Below the pieces are notes generated by a model. It had not been told where the DNA came from. It made no database searches and saw only the letters and a list, made by a program, of their open reading frames with translations. From assembly GCA_026936335.1 (NCBI GenBank), contig JAPMXV010000063.1:161578-225577 (forward strand): a stretch of DNA of 64,000 bases, in the 5' to 3' direction. This document shows, one piece after another, positions 45,453-59,078 of this stretch (positions are counted from its first letter, which is position 1; every line of letters starts with the position of its first letter). A program made the translations under genes and the position numbers. The DNA is from Mantamonas sphyraenae STR306. Its lineage: Eukaryota > Protista > CRuMs.

Positions 45453-47729
45453 TCATCGGCCAGGGGCGCGGACGCCTGCACCGCGAAGGGAAAAGTCGTC
45501 GACAACAAGGGAGGAGGCGCTGCCGGTGAGAGTGGCGTTGAAGTTTGGGTTGGGTGAGTCGTGGAGGTAGTCGGAGTAGTCGTTGAAGGGACGCTCGTAT
45601 TGCTTTTCGTTGGCCTCCTTGAACCAACGGTGGAAGGGCGGCAGCATGAGCATACTGTGCATATGTGGGTGGCGTGACTGCATGCTGCTGAGCTTGCTGA
45701 GGCTCTGTTCCCACTGCATGTGCTGTGCCTCCTTGAGCATCTTGTTGAAGATTTCGTTGTCCTTCCAGTTTGTGGTGCCTGTGTCCAGTCCGACGAGGCG
45801 CTGGACCTCTTCGGACTCTTCCTTGACACTCCAGGTGTGTGTGGTGGGAGGAAGGAAGCGGACAGCAGACTTGGGCAAGTGATCGTACGTGTCTGCAATC
45901 TCACCGAGGGCCTGTTTGCGCTTGTACGCCTTGACGCGGCGTTCGATGAGCTTCTGGCGCTCCTCTTCGTCCATCTCGTCAGCAAGGACCTCGCTGGCAA
46001 AGACCCCGCGCTCCCAGGAGCGCTTGGAGTGGCGAGCGATGAGTTGCTTGACGTGCTCCTCCATCTTGGCCAGAGTAGCCTTGGCCTTTGTCTCTGCACT
46101 GCGTGCAGCCTTGCGTTCGGCGATGGCGGCTTCACGTTGTGCGGTGAGGACGGAGGCAGAGGAGGTGTCGGATGTGTCTTCGACGCTCGCGCTTGAGCTG
46201 TTTGTTCGAGGGCGCTGGCGTGTGGTACGTCGGGAGGAGGAGGCGGTGGTGGAGGGGCCGTTGTTGCTGCTCGTCGGGTAGTGGAGGTGGTGTTGGGAGG
46301 AGGAGGAGGAGGAGGCTGTGGTGGTGTTGGTGGTGTTGATGGAGCGAGAAGGTTTTGTGGAAGAAGAAGAGGAGCTGGAGGAGGTGGTGGAGGAGGACGA
46401 GGAGCGAGTGGGCTTTGCCGGCGCGGTGCTTGGGCGGGGTAGGCTTCCGCGGTTGCGTCGGGTTGACATCTTGCGCTTGGGATTGGAGTGTGCAGTCGAT
46501 TTGGCCTTGGGCTTGGGCTTGGACTTGGTCTTGGACTTGGTCTTGGACTTGGTGGTGGTGTACTGGCGGACGACGTGCTGTGTGTAGTCCGAGAGGAAGG
46601 GTGGGTCTTGGATGGTGGTGCGCTTGCGGTTGACAGGGCGGGAGCGGGAGGACTTTGGCCTTGACTTGGTTGTGCTGGTGCTGGTGCTGGCGGTGCTGCT
46701 GCTCTTTGTACGCCTGCGCTTGGTCTTTGGCCTGCGGTGTTTGGGTGGGAGCTGTGCGGCGGCAGTGGTGTCGTCAATGACCTGGTCGTCAAATGCAAAG
46801 TCGCTGTGTTGGATAAATTGTTGCTGTGCAGCCTGCTGCAGTTGTGCAGAGTCGTTGTTGGACGGTTCGTCGTCTGCAGGTGCATTGTCGTCGTCGTCAA
46901 ACTCGTCGGGCCAGGCGTCGTCGGCTTCCTCGGCGCTCCAGCCAGCGAGGAAGGTGGTTGCACCCAGGGCACTGGAGGACCAGAGAGTAGTGACAGAGAG
47001 GCGCAAGGTAGGCTGGATGGGGCTGCTGCGCGCAGACTCCTGTGGGCAGGGTCGGGTGGAAAAGCGGGTCAGCGAGCCGTTGACATGGAAAAGTGAAGGT
47101 GTGGGGAGGATCCTCAGGGTCAAGAGACCGAGTGGATGGGCAGGTGGGTAGCAACCGAAGTAAATGCGGCAGCGATGGGAGGACGAGCACGTACAAGGAT
47201 GATGTTCAAGGTCTGGTCTTTGTGGGCGGTGGCAAATGACTTGCCGGCAAAGCAGACTCGCCAGATAGGCTGCTCCCAGGTGCCTAGGACGACCGCAGTC
47301 TCCTTGGCCTCGCCTGTGTTGGACTCTGTGTGGATGACCTGGACAAGGTCAACAGAGACGGTGTTTTCTGAGTGGGCGGAGCGGGTTGAGGGAATTGGAA
47401 ATCGCGGGGACGGTGTCAGCAAAGGGGGAGGAGCCAAAAATGGGGACAGGGGAGGCAAGGGTGCTGGCAAGCGTACCCAAGAGGAACCGCTTGATCTGTT
47501 TGGCATCCCAGTCAGCACGGAAGGTGAGGACAAAGCTGCTTTGGTCGTCGAGAGCCTCTGTTTGGGCGCCGCTCAGAGCGACGGAGGATTGTGTTTCGTC
47601 CATGACGGTGACGTAGATGTGGGTGGAGGTTTGGACATCGTTACGGGGCACGGGAGGAGTGCCCTGGATGTCCAGTTGCTGGAGGGAGATGAAGAAGGAG
47701 AGGCGCGACGGGACGTCTTGGTCCTGCAT
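45453..47729 (-). CDS. Hypothetical protein (possible N-terminal C2-like beta domain, Ser/Thr/Lys low-complexity middle, helical C-terminus); multi-exon
   Basis: Consecutive minus-strand ORFs 47349-47729, 47120-47533 and 45453-47123 with plausible splice sites; no family recognised. Confidence 0.5.
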
Positions 47730-47747
47730 GGAGATTTGTTGGTTGTG

Positions 47748-50700
47748 ATGGAGGGAGTTGTGGTGGAGCTACCTCTAAACAGGTGTGATGGGGGGTGGGG
47801 GCGAGGCGGATGGCGGTGAGAATGGGTTCAGGCAAGGTGGCGCGGGCCGAGGCAACACAAGCAGGCAATCCGCAACCATTCCAGCGAAACGTGCTCTGAC
47901 AGGCACCATTCCACGGCCGAAGCGCCATGGGGAGCGCAGCACGTCGCTAAAGACGTTGGGGGTGCGTGTGGTGCAGCAGGAGGCGCTGTCGTCGACGGTG
48001 ATGGAAAAGGCGGCGCTGCGATCGCAAGCGAGGATGCGAGAGGGGCTGAAATCTCAACTGGAAGAGCTGGGGACACAGTTGAAGGAGATTGAGGGCAAGC
48101 TGACGAATGGCGAGTACATGGACTCGCTGAGTGCTCGAGAACAAGAAAAGCTGGTGAAGCAGGCCAGCACGTTGATCAAGAAGCGGGACCAGGCCAAGGC
48201 GAACTACGCAAAGAGATTGCAGCTGCAGAAAGAACAAGAGGAGGCGCGGCAGAGTAGGTGGCGGAGAGAGGGCGAGCGGGGAGTCGGAGGGTTCCGTTTT
48301 GGTGCTCGGGAACTGACGCCGGACCGGCAGAAGCGGCCGCAGAGGAGGAGCCCCGAGACGAAGAGCGAGAGGAGTTGATGCGACGAGGATATTTGAACCC
48401 ATTTGAGGAGACACAGGTGGGGCGAGAGCGTATGGAAGCGGCGGAGGCTGTGCAAGCTAGACCCGAGCTGAGACACGCTCCGCCGAAAGTGGCACGTGCG
48501 CTGGAGGAGGTGACTGCGCTGGACGACGGAGACATGAATCTGTACCAAGCACGGCTGGCGGAGGCGGGGATTGACGAAAACGGGCATACAGTGGTTGATT
48601 CGGGAGGAGAGCGGAAGCGGCGCCGTAGGAGGAGAGGGGCGCGGGGAGGGAGGGCAAGCAAGAGGCAGAGGGTGGAAGAGGATGCACTGTTTGACGATGA
48701 AGAGGAAGAGTGGGAGGAAGGGTGGGGAGGAGGAGGAGGAGGAGGGAGAGGAGGAGGAGGTGGACGCAGGGGAAGAAGAGAACCATGGCGTGCTAAGGTT
48801 GACACAGGAGACGGTACACATTGCAGACGGGCTGCCAATACCAAAAGACACGCACGACCAGCTGTTTCCGTACCAAAGGACGTGCGTCAAGTGGCTGTGG
48901 AGCTTGCACCAGCAAAACGCAGGGGGAATTGTGGGCGACGAAATGGGCCTGGGCAAGACGATTCAGATCATTGCGTTTCTGTCTGCTCTGGAAAGCGCGC
49001 AGCTGTATCAACCAAGTCTGATTGTGTGTCCGGCGACGGTGCTGTCGCAGTGGGTGCGAGAGTTTCACCGTTGGCTGCCGCACTTTCGGACGGTGCTGCT
49101 GCACACGAGCGGCACACACCCGGGAACGACACGTGAGGTGATTCGAGACGTGGCAAATAATGGCCATGTGCTGTTGACGACGTATGCGGCGCTGAGGATC
49201 CACCAGGAGGAGATTTTGGAGCACAAGTGGCTGTACGTGATCCTGGACGAGGGGCACATGATACGCAATCCAGATTCGGAGGTGACGCAGGTGTGCAAGA
49301 GTTTCTACACGCCGCATCGGATTATCCTGTCGGGGTCGCCGATCCAGAACAACCTGACGGAGCTGTGGTCGATCTTTGACTTTGTGTTTCCGGGCAAACT
49401 GGGCACGCTGCCTGTGTTTAACGAGCAGTTTGCGACACCGATCCGGCTGGGAGGATATGTGAATGCAACACCGATCCAGGTGCGGGTGGCGTACAAGTGT
49501 GCGGTGGTGTTGCGGGACCTGATCGCGCCGTACCTGCTGCGGCGGCTGAAGCACGACGTGCGAAGCCAGCTGCCGAAGAAGACGGAGCAAGTGCTGTTTT
49601 GCAAACTGACGAGTACACAGAGGGAGGAGTACGAAAAGTTCCTGGACTCCAAAGACATCCTGGAGCTGGAAGCAAACGAGTCGCGGAACCAGCTGCTGGG
49701 AGCGATCGATGCTTTGCGGAAGATCTGCAACCATCCAGACCTGCTGCATGTAAACGACCGCAACGAGCGAATGCGTGCAGACTATGGCTCGTACCACCTG
49801 TCTGGAAAGATGAGTGTGCTGGCGAATCTGTTGCCGCTGTGGAAGGAGCAAGGACACAAGGTGCTGTTGTTTTCACAGACAAAGCAGATGCTGGATATTC
49901 TGGAGCGGTTTGTGCAGCAGCTGGACATGCACTACATGCGGATGGACGGGGACACGCAGATCAAGAGCAGGCAGCGGTTGATTGACGAGTTTAACGGGAA
50001 CGAAGAGATTTTTGTGTTTCTGCTGACGACGCGAGTGGGCGGCCTGGGAGTGAATCTGACGGGGGCGAACCGTGTGGTGATCTTTGACCCCGACTGGAAC
50101 CCGTCGAACGACATTCAGGCACGTGAGAGGGCGTGGCGAATTGGACAGCGGCGCGACGTGGCGGTGGTGCGCATGATCACGAGCGGGACGGTGGAGGAAA
50201 AGATCTACCATCGACAGATTTTCAAGCAGTTTCTGACAAACAAGATCCTTGTGGATCCGAAGCAGGGGCGGTTTTTCAAGAACAACGACCTGAGGGATCT
50301 GTTCTCGCTGACGGACCTGAACGACGAGGAGAACGAGACAGGAGTGATATTCGAGGACTCGCGCGTGGGTGAGGCGGAGGAGGGTGGAGGCGACGGGGAG
50401 AATGGTGAAGAGGTGGAGGAAGGGGACAAGCAAGTGCTCAAGGCGCTGTTTGGGGACGCCAAGGTGGATACGATCCTGAAACACGACAGCATCGTGGATG
50501 CACCTCGACCAGAGCGGGAACTGGTGGAATACGAAGCGGACAAGATTGCGTCGCGAGCAGCACGAAACTTGAGTCGTGCTCGGCGATCTCAGAGCGGGGT
50601 GCACCAGCCGACGTGGACAGGGCGCAGCGGAAGTGCAGGTAGGCCCGAGAACGACACGGGAATCAACTGGGCAGCAGAACTGAGGCGGAGACGTCGGCAG

Positions 50701-51425
50701 GAGGAGGAGGAGGCGATGCGTGAGGAAGCGGAACGGCGAGCGGAACGGCGAAAGGCGAAGCAGAAGCAAGAGGCGAAACCACGGTTTGGGCAGCAGTCGA
50801 TAGCGGGACATGTGCATGCACGAGGAGATGCACAGGTGGGCTTGGTGGGCTGCGAGGAACGAGCTCAACGACGGCGGTGTCATCCAGCGGGTTGCTTGCG
50901 CGGATGAAGGCGCGGCAGGAGCTGGAGGATGTGCAGGGCAAGTTTGACACAATGGACCGTGCAGCGTACAATGGAGAATCGTCCCAAAGCGGAGGGATCG
51001 AGAGCAGGGGCGGTCTGGTGGGCGGGAGCATCGGGCGGGACGGAGAGCCTGAGGCCGGGATCGACTATGCGCTGGAACCTGTGGACTACAATGCGATGCT
51101 GCACGACAAAGAGGCGATGCTGGAGGAGCTGCGTGCCTTTTTGCTGCAAAACCCGCAAGAGAAGGAGGGGAGTGGGAACGAGGTGGTGGTGGAGGAGGAG
51201 GACGAGCAGGAGATTGAGGTGGAACTGGACGATCACGGACGTGTACCTGTGCAGATGGTGTATCAGGCGACGACAAAGGAGATTGTGGAGCGTTTCAGCC
51301 TTCGCATCAACAAGGAGGAGGCGCTGCTGTTCCGTGCCCTGCTGAAGCAGATCTCGCGGTTCAAAAAGGTGCGCCGGGGCGACAAAGTGGTGGGTGTGTG
51401 GGAGCTCAAGGAGGAGTTTGTGTGA
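47748..51425 (+). CDS. ERCC6: ERCC6/CSB/Rad26 SNF2-family ATPase; multi-exon, start uncertain (47748 or 47788)
   Basis: [88 protein letters not shown]-terminal FRALLKQI...W.LKEEF. Confidence 0.93.
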
Positions 51426-51461
51426 TGGGTGGGGTTGTTTCATGAATCTGCAGTTTTGGGA

Positions 51462-54084
51462 TCACCCACGCCTTGCAGTTGTTTCTCGCCGTCTTGATCG
51501 ACGCTCCAGACGAGGGATTCGTACGTGACGTCGGGAGAGGGAGAGGGAGAGGGAGATTGGGAGTCCAATGAGGAGGAGGAGGAGGAGGAGGAGGTGTGCG
51601 TGGTGGACGGGCCTGTCCAGGTGACGTTCATGCCACTGACCATGCCGACGCCGTCGGCCCATGGGTAGGCGCCCTTGTTGCTTGCGGCCAGGGCTGATGC
51701 GGTCCTTGACGCCAGCGAGACCGAAGCCAGAGCCGTAGGCGTTTGCAGGACGGACCTGGTCGTCGGCATCGTCGTCCTGGTCCGCTGGAACCTTCATGCG
51801 ACGGACGTCAAGGAGGACGGAGGCGTCGTCGTCATCGTCCTCATGGCCAATCATGTCCTTGAGGACGACCTTGCGAGAGTTCATGGGCACGCCGCTCTTT
51901 CGTACGCGTGTGTCGACGCGTGGCTGGCGTGTGCTCGTTTGCGGGTTTCCGTTCATGCGATCATACTGCGGAGTCTCGAGGTCTCTGTCTTCTGGGTTCT
52001 CGCCATCTTCAGCTTCGTCTAGGCGGAAACCGGGTACACGCTGGCTGTCGAGGAGGCGCTCGCGGATGGGACTGGAGACACGGTGGTTGCGGCGAACTTC
52101 GCGTCGGAGGCGCAGCTGCTCGGCAGGAGACCACTTGACGACCTCACCACGGCCCTTTCCGCCTGTGCGCGGGCTGAGGCCTTGAGATTGTGAGGAGGAG
52201 CGGGACCATTCGACCTCGTAGCAAAAGAGGTCGTCGCGATCGGCGCCTTCGACAATGACCACCTCGCCGTCTTCGCCGCGGCCCGCTTGTTTGTAGCCGA
52301 GGTCCTGCATGAAGCTGCCGATGTGTTTGCCCATGTCAATGGCACGGAACATGGGGGCAGCCTCGTCGCCAGGGCGAGCGAGGGCTTCAAGGACATCTGC
52401 GGCGCGGTAGCCCGAAGTGGCGAGGACGCGTACGATGTCGCTCTGGGAGACGCGAAAGAGGTGCATGTTGAGGCGAAGGCGTGGTTCGTTGACGCGTTGA
52501 AGGCGAGAAGCAAGCTCGGAGAGGAACTGGGGCGCGAGGGCGCCGTGGGCAAGCGTGCGCTGGAGTGCGCCGGCACTGACTGCGCGTTGGCCCTGCTTGA
52601 CGGAGGGATGGACTATGGCGAGGGTGTCGTCGAAAGCACCCGCCTCGGCAAGGGCAATGACGAGGACACGGTCCTCGCAGGCACAGATGACGCGGCCGGA
52701 GGCTTCGTCCCAAGAGACGCCTGTGACGGCAGACGGGGTGTTGATCTGAAAGACGAGCTCGCCGTTGAGGACGCTCCACACACGCACGGTGGCGTCCATG
52801 GAGGCAGTGACGAGGAACTGGCCGCCCTGGGCGTAGAGGAGATCGACGCAAGGACCGTCGTGGCGGAGGACGTATTCGACGTCGCCGTGGTAGCCTGGAT
52901 CGACCTGGACTTCGGCATCATTGTCTTTGTCGTCGTCGTCGTCTGCATCGCCACCAATGCGTACGTAGGCGCTGGAGGAGCGAGAGGCACGCTCTTGAGC
53001 GCGTTCGTTCCACTGCTGGGTAATGCGTACGCTCTGGGCGTCCTTGAAGAAGGAGACGACGTCCCAGAGCTTGCAGGTGCCGTCCCAAGAAGCAGTTGCG
53101 AGCTGTCTGCCCGAGTCGGCAAAGGCAAGGGCACAGACGGCGCCGTCGTGTGCGTCGATTGTGCCGACGCGAACGTGGTCCTGGCCGTCCCAAATGGCGA
53201 CAGAACCGTCGTTGCAGCCGCAGACGAGCATTTTGTTTACAGGAGAATAGGCGATGCAGCGCACGGTGCTGCTGTGTTGCATGGCGTCCTGGTCGAGCTC
53301 GGCAAGCTCGAGATCCCAAGTGAGCACCTTGCCGTCGGCGCCACATGTGTAGAGGAGGGCACCACGGCGAGCAAACATGGCGCTGAGGACCATGTCGCGG
53401 TGACCACTGAGAGAGGTGACCGTTTGGCGGCTCTCTGTCTCCCAGATGACGACTTTGCCGTCGGCGCCGCACGAGACGAGGTAGCGTCCGGTGCGAGAGA
53501 AGGTGCAGCTGAGAACATTGTCTCTGTGTATGCCACCGCCCAAGCGGCCGAGTTGGCCGATCTTTTGCATGGATTCTGCGTTCCATAGTACGATGGCAGT
53601 TCCTGTACAGGCGGCAACGAGACCCAAGCGCGCGCAGTAGTCGATACGACCGACGCGGGCATCTGCCTGGGCGGATTTGTGGACCATGCCGCTGAGATGA
53701 ATGGAGGGAGCCTCCTGGAGGAGTTGGGTGTCTGTGGAGGAGTCCTGTGTGTACTGAGCCTCGAGATTCGCGAGAAGGGAGTCGACGTTGAGGACGCGGA
53801 CGGCGTTGGGGGAGGAGGACGGAGAGGAGGAAGGCGAAGGAGAGGTGGAATCGGATGTGGAGGGCTGTGTGTAGTCGCGTGTGGGGCGGTAGCGCTGGGA
53901 AATCATGTATTGGAGGATGGCTGCGTGTAACGGTTGGAATGTGAGCTGGGACGGGGAGGGGTGGGGAACGGGGGGGGGAGGAGGAAGGAAGGGGAAGGGA
54001 GTGAGGTAAAGGTGAAGGAGGGAGGGAGGAGACGGGTAAGCGTACCGCTTTCGTCGAGTTCTTCGTCTGGCGGTTGGTGGGCAT
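51462..54084 (-). CDS. WD40-repeat protein; both ends uncertain
   Basis: Multiple GH...WD/WE repeats (LVSCGADGKVVIWE, LATASWDGTCKLWD, LVTASMDATVRVWS). Confidence 0.8.
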
Positions 54085-54275
54085 CTTCTTGGGGCGGGTC
54101 TTGCTGAGGAGGTGGCTGTCCCAGGGAGTCGTCGACAAGGAGGTTGCCGCCCGGGCCGCGAGAGGCAAAGGAAACCCTGCGTTGCATGTGGGCGGGATCG
54201 GGGGTGGAGTGGAGGATGTGTTGGGTGGAGGAGGGGTGCGGAAGCCGAGGCACACGAAACTCGGACGGCCTCGAG

Positions 54276-55939
54276 ATGCCTCGCCTTTTGAAACTGGATC
54301 CCATTGGAGCGGACGCTGAGGAGGAGGACAGAAACACGCTGCTGGAGCGTGGCGAGCTGAAGGTTTATTCTCAGCGGTGGGTTGTGCTGCTGTCGTACTG
54401 GCTGCTGGCGCTGTCGAACAACTCGGCGCAAGGTTGCCTGGTGCCGGTGTCGAAGAAGGCGATGGAGTGGTACCAGATCAACCCGTACCAGCTGGACATG
54501 CTTGTGATTGTGTACTCGATTAGTGGGATCTCGTGGCGGTGGGTGTGCATGTATGTGCTGGACAGCGACAAGTACGGTAGGTTGTTGTTTGGCGGGAGGG
54601 GTTTTGCAAGGGGAAGTGTGCGGGAGGAGGGGCAAACAGGGCATGTGGGGAGGCGAATGGGGATGGGAGAGAAGGGAGTGGGAGCTGGAAGGGCGGGGTA
54701 CGGGGATTGGGGCAGGCGGAGACAGTGGGAAGGGAGGAGGAGGAGGCGGAAGAATCAGAAGAAGAAGGGCCTTGGTTGGGGCTTGTGGTTTTGCTGACAC
54801 GGGCGGGCGGAAACAGGACTCGGGTGGGGTATCCACGCGGGAGCAACGCTGAACGCGGCCGGGACGGTGGTGTCGTACATTGGATCGACGTCGCGTGACG
54901 GGTACCCGCTGATTCTGTTGGGCAGCTGCCTGGGAGCAATGGGGATGGGGTAGGTTGTGTGTGTGGGGGAACGGCTGGGACGTGGGTGTGCAGGGAGGGG
55001 GAGATGGTTCTGACGCGGAGAGGGTGCATGTGCAGCTTCATCGACATTGCGCCGACAAAGATCTCTGCGGCATGGTTCCCTGTGAAGGAGCGGTCGTTTG
55101 CGACGGCGATCGGAACATTGTCGATCATGCTTGCAGCCACGTTTTCGTACCTGTCTGCACCGTGGATCATCCGAGACGATCCGGCAACGGAGTTTCCGAC
55201 GTACTTTCTGGTGATGGCGATCATCGGTTGTTCTGTGTGCGTGTTTAGCTTCCTTGTGTTCCGTTCGAAGCCGCCGACGCCGCCGTCGCTGAGTGCAAGC
55301 CAGCCGCGCATGCGATTTGCAGAGACGGTGCGTGGCGTGTTTCGAAACCGCAACTACAACATTGGGCTGGTGCTGTTCTGCACGACGGCGGCGTCGTCGG
55401 CGGCGTTCCACACGCTGTTTGGACAGATTCTGGCGAGTGTGAACTACACGACGAGCCAAATCGGCATCCTTGGCGGAGCACCGATTGTGACGGGCGTGGT
55501 GGGCATTGTGTTTTCCGGATGGCTGCTGGACCGCACGCACCGGTACAAAGCGATCCTGATTACGTACGCAGCGGTGACGACAGGTCTGTATGTGTGGTTC
55601 ACTCTGGGGCTGCAGCCGAACAACTACTCGTCGCTGCTGGCGAACCGTGCGCTGTACGGCATCTTTGGTGTGGCGCAAGCGCCGGCAGCGTTTGAAACGC
55701 TGGTGGAGGTGTCGTACCCGTTCCCGGAGGCCACGGTGATGGGGATCACGTTCTTTTTCATGAACGTGTTCATCATCTTGTACACGTTTGTGTTCCAGTG
55801 GCTGCAGCTGCCGAACGGGTCGTTCTCGGTGACGATGTGGACGGTGACGGTGCTGAACGGGTTGGCTGTGTTTGTGGGCTCGTTCTTTGACGGGCAGTTT
55901 ACGCGATTGGAGTACGACACGGCGCCTGTGGAGGAGTGA
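54276..55939 (+). CDS. MFS transporter, FLVCR/SLC49-like; multi-exon
   Basis: KVYSQRWVVL N-terminal motif, APTKISAAWFPVKERSFATAIG, FRSKPPTPPS, GWLLDRTHRYK, FE..VEVSYP. Confidence 0.88.
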
Positions 55940-56014
55940 AGCATGGAAGGGTGTGTTAATGGGAAGGTGGTGCGCAGAGGTGGGCAGCGCAAAAAACAGT
56001 AGTAGTAAACGACA

Positions 56015-57145
56015 ATGTCTCAGGGAGCGCGGTTGAATGTGCTGCCTACACGCATGTGAGTGCAGGATGCGTAGTGGATGGGGAGGGAACGGGAGAGTGT
56101 ACATGGAGGGGAGGCTGACGTGCGTTGTGGGTGGGGAATGTGCACAACACAGGACGCTGAAGGCACTGAAAGTGCAGCTGAAGGGTGCAGTGACGGGCCA
56201 CTCGCTGCTGAAGCGCAAGTCGGACGCGCTGACGCTGCGATTCCGTGGGATTGTGAAGGAGGTGGCGGAGCACAAGCTGTTGATGTCGTCCAAGATGAAG
56301 GACTCTGTGTTTTCGTTGACTCAAGCCAAGTTTGCAGCAGGAGACTTTACGTAGGTGGCATGCAGTGGGGCGAAACTGGCCGAGTACAGCTGTGGGCGTG
56401 GTGTGGTGTGGGTGTGGACGACCGTGCGGGATCGTGTGAAGATTGGGAGGGGCGTGAAGAAGGATCGAGAGGGCTGACGCGCGTGGATGGGGCACGTGTG
56501 GGCGTTGTTTTGGGTGTGAACAGGTACACGGTGACCGAGTCTGTGTCAAACGCCAACACAAAGGTGCGTATGAGCACAGACAACGTGGCAGGCGTAATCA
56601 TCCCTGTGTTTCAGCAGCACGAGGAGGGAGCAGACGGTAGGTGGGAGAGAGGGAGAAAGAGCGAGTGCATTGCGGGCCGGGCGTAGGGGAGACGAGAAGG
56701 AGTGCTGACATGGGCTGGAACGGGCAACGCAGCGCAAGAGTTGATTGGTATGAGCGCAGGTGGACAGCAGATCGCTCGGGCCAAGGACAACTTCCACGAC
56801 ACGCTGGACGTGCTGATCAAGCTGGCGTCGTTGCAGACGTCGTTCATCACGCTGGACGAGGTGATCAAGATCACAAACCGACGCGTGAACGCAATTGAGT
56901 ATGTGGTGCAGCCGCGGCTGGAGAACACGATCGCGTACATCAAGTCGGAGCTAGACGAGATGGACCGCGAAGAGTTTTTCCGCCTGAAGAAGATTCAGGA
57001 CAAGAAGAAGGCGAAGCAGGCAAAGAAGGACGCACGCCTGGCGGCGCTGCGTGCGGCGGCTGGGGAGGACGAGTCGTCGTCGTCGAGCTCGCAGCCGTCG
57101 TCCATCTTTGACAAGGGGGCAAAGGATGAGGATGTGATTTTTTGA
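56015..57145 (+). CDS. ATP6V1D: V-type ATPase subunit D; 4 predicted exons
   Basis: [72 protein letters not shown]. Confidence 0.96.
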
Positions 57146-57176
57146 AATGGAACGAGTCCCTCCTCTTCTGTTGTGC

Positions 57177-58692
57177 TCAGTAGGCAGCCATGGGGCCGAC
57201 GCCCTCGTGCTCGGAAGTCCACTCCTCCATGAAACGGTTCTGCGGGCGGGTGAGGACAAACTGGACGTCGGAGAGGTAGCGGCACTGGAGCATGGCGAAG
57301 CAGGTGACGAGGTAGACATGCCACATGCGGTAGAAGCGTTCGTCAAACTTGCTGTCGCTGGCCTTGATGTCTTGCCAGTTGTCCTCAAAGTTGTGCTGCC
57401 AGAGCTTGAGGGTGCGTGCGTAGTGCTGGCCCATGTCGTCGAGCTGGAGGAGCTGGAGGCGCTTTGTGGTGCGCACAGCCTCGGCAATGCGGTAGTTGCT
57501 GAGGAGGCAGCCTCCAGGGAAGATGTACTTTTTGATCCAGTCGCTGGAGTGGACGTAGGAGGCGTGCATGGCATCCTGGTGAGTGATGGCTTGGATGACG
57601 GCGAGGCCGTTGGGTTTGAGGAGCTCCTCAATGCGCTGGAAGTAGGTGGGCAGGTTCTCGTCGCCGACGGCTTCAATCATTTCGATGGAAACGACCTTGT
57701 CAAAGGTGCCCTGGACGTGGCGGTAGTCCTCGAGGCGGACTTCGATGAGATGTTCGAGGCCAGCGGCGCGGATGCGGCGGTCTGCTTCAGCCTTTTGCTC
57801 GACACTCAGGGTGAGGGTGGTGACCTTGCAGCCAATGGTGCTTGCAGCACGGATGGCCATGCTGCCCCAACCAGAGCCGATTTCGAGGACATGGTCGGTT
57901 TTCTGGAGGCGGGCTTTGGAGATGATTGCGTCGAGCTTGTTCATCTGAGCCTGCTCGAGAGAGTCACGCTTGCTGAGGAAAAGAGCAGCGGAGTAGGTCA
58001 TGGATGGGTCGAGCATTTTCTCGTAGAGGTAGTTGCTGAGGTCGTAGTGGGCGGAGATATTGCGGCGGGAGCCCGCGATGGTATTTCTGTAGAGTGTCCG
58101 GACATGCGGGCGGGGAGAATCGGCGAGGGTGTGTGAGAGGGGGGCGCAGTGGAATGGGAAGTGGGGTGCACGTGGGAGCAGATAGTGTGGGAACAGGGTG
58201 TGTGGTTGCGGCGGAGAGTGGAGTTGGTGGGGAGGCGCCGGAGAGTTTCGGGCGGGAGGAGCATGATTTTTGTGTGGTGTTTTGGAAGTGGCCAAAAAGG
58301 CTCCGTAGGACGTACGCATTGTAGACGGCGTGGACAAAGTACTCGATCTTGGTGCCGATCCAGGAGAACCAACTGGGTTCATCGACCTGGTTTGCATTGG
58401 CCAGGAATGCAAAGAGGAGGTTGTCGAGGCTGGGGCTGACTTCAAAGTCACCGTCGACGAAGCTCTCAAAGAGGCCGACGTCGTGGTTGGCGGCGACCTT
58501 CCAGAAAAACACATTGTCCTTGACGTGGACAGTGGCGTGCTGGCGCTCGATGCCGCCGGGGGAGCCAAATGTGGTTTTGTCGCCGTCCGGGGTGATCAGG
58601 GTGATTGATCCGTGGGTGATGGAGCTGCGCAGCTTCTGGCAGACCAGGTAGCGGCAGACTGAGTAGATGATGGCCCAGAACCAAGCGAGCAT
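57177..58692 (-). CDS. Cyclopropane-fatty-acyl-phospholipid synthase-like SAM methyltransferase; one predicted intron
   Basis: NISAHYDLSN, LDPSMTYS, VLEIGSGWG, DYR, SIEMIEAVG, WIKKYIFPGG, HYARTL..W. Confidence 0.92.
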
Positions 58693-59078
58693 GTTTGGTG
58701 GGGTTTAATGGATTGTGGTGGATGAGGGAGGGGGTGAGGGGGTTGGCAAGCGCGGGGGAACCACGGATTTTTGTGGAGAGGAGTGGAGAGAGTGGGTGGG
58801 TGGGGAAGCGGGTGTGGAGGGGGAGAGGGTGTGGAGGGAGGAGGTGGGAGGAGGGAGGGGTGGAGAGGGTGGTGGGGGGGAAGGAAGTGTAGGCAGACCG
58901 GCTCACATCGGGCAACGCAGACGCAATGGCCTCGTTAGAGATGGTTGAATGGGTGGCTCTGCTGCAGAGTGGGGATCATGAACGGGTGTGCAGTGCACTG
59001 GAGGCAGAGGGAGAGGTGGGTTGGGGCTGGGACGCAGAGGGAAGTGCAGCACGTCAAGAAGTGGATAAAGGGCACCAA

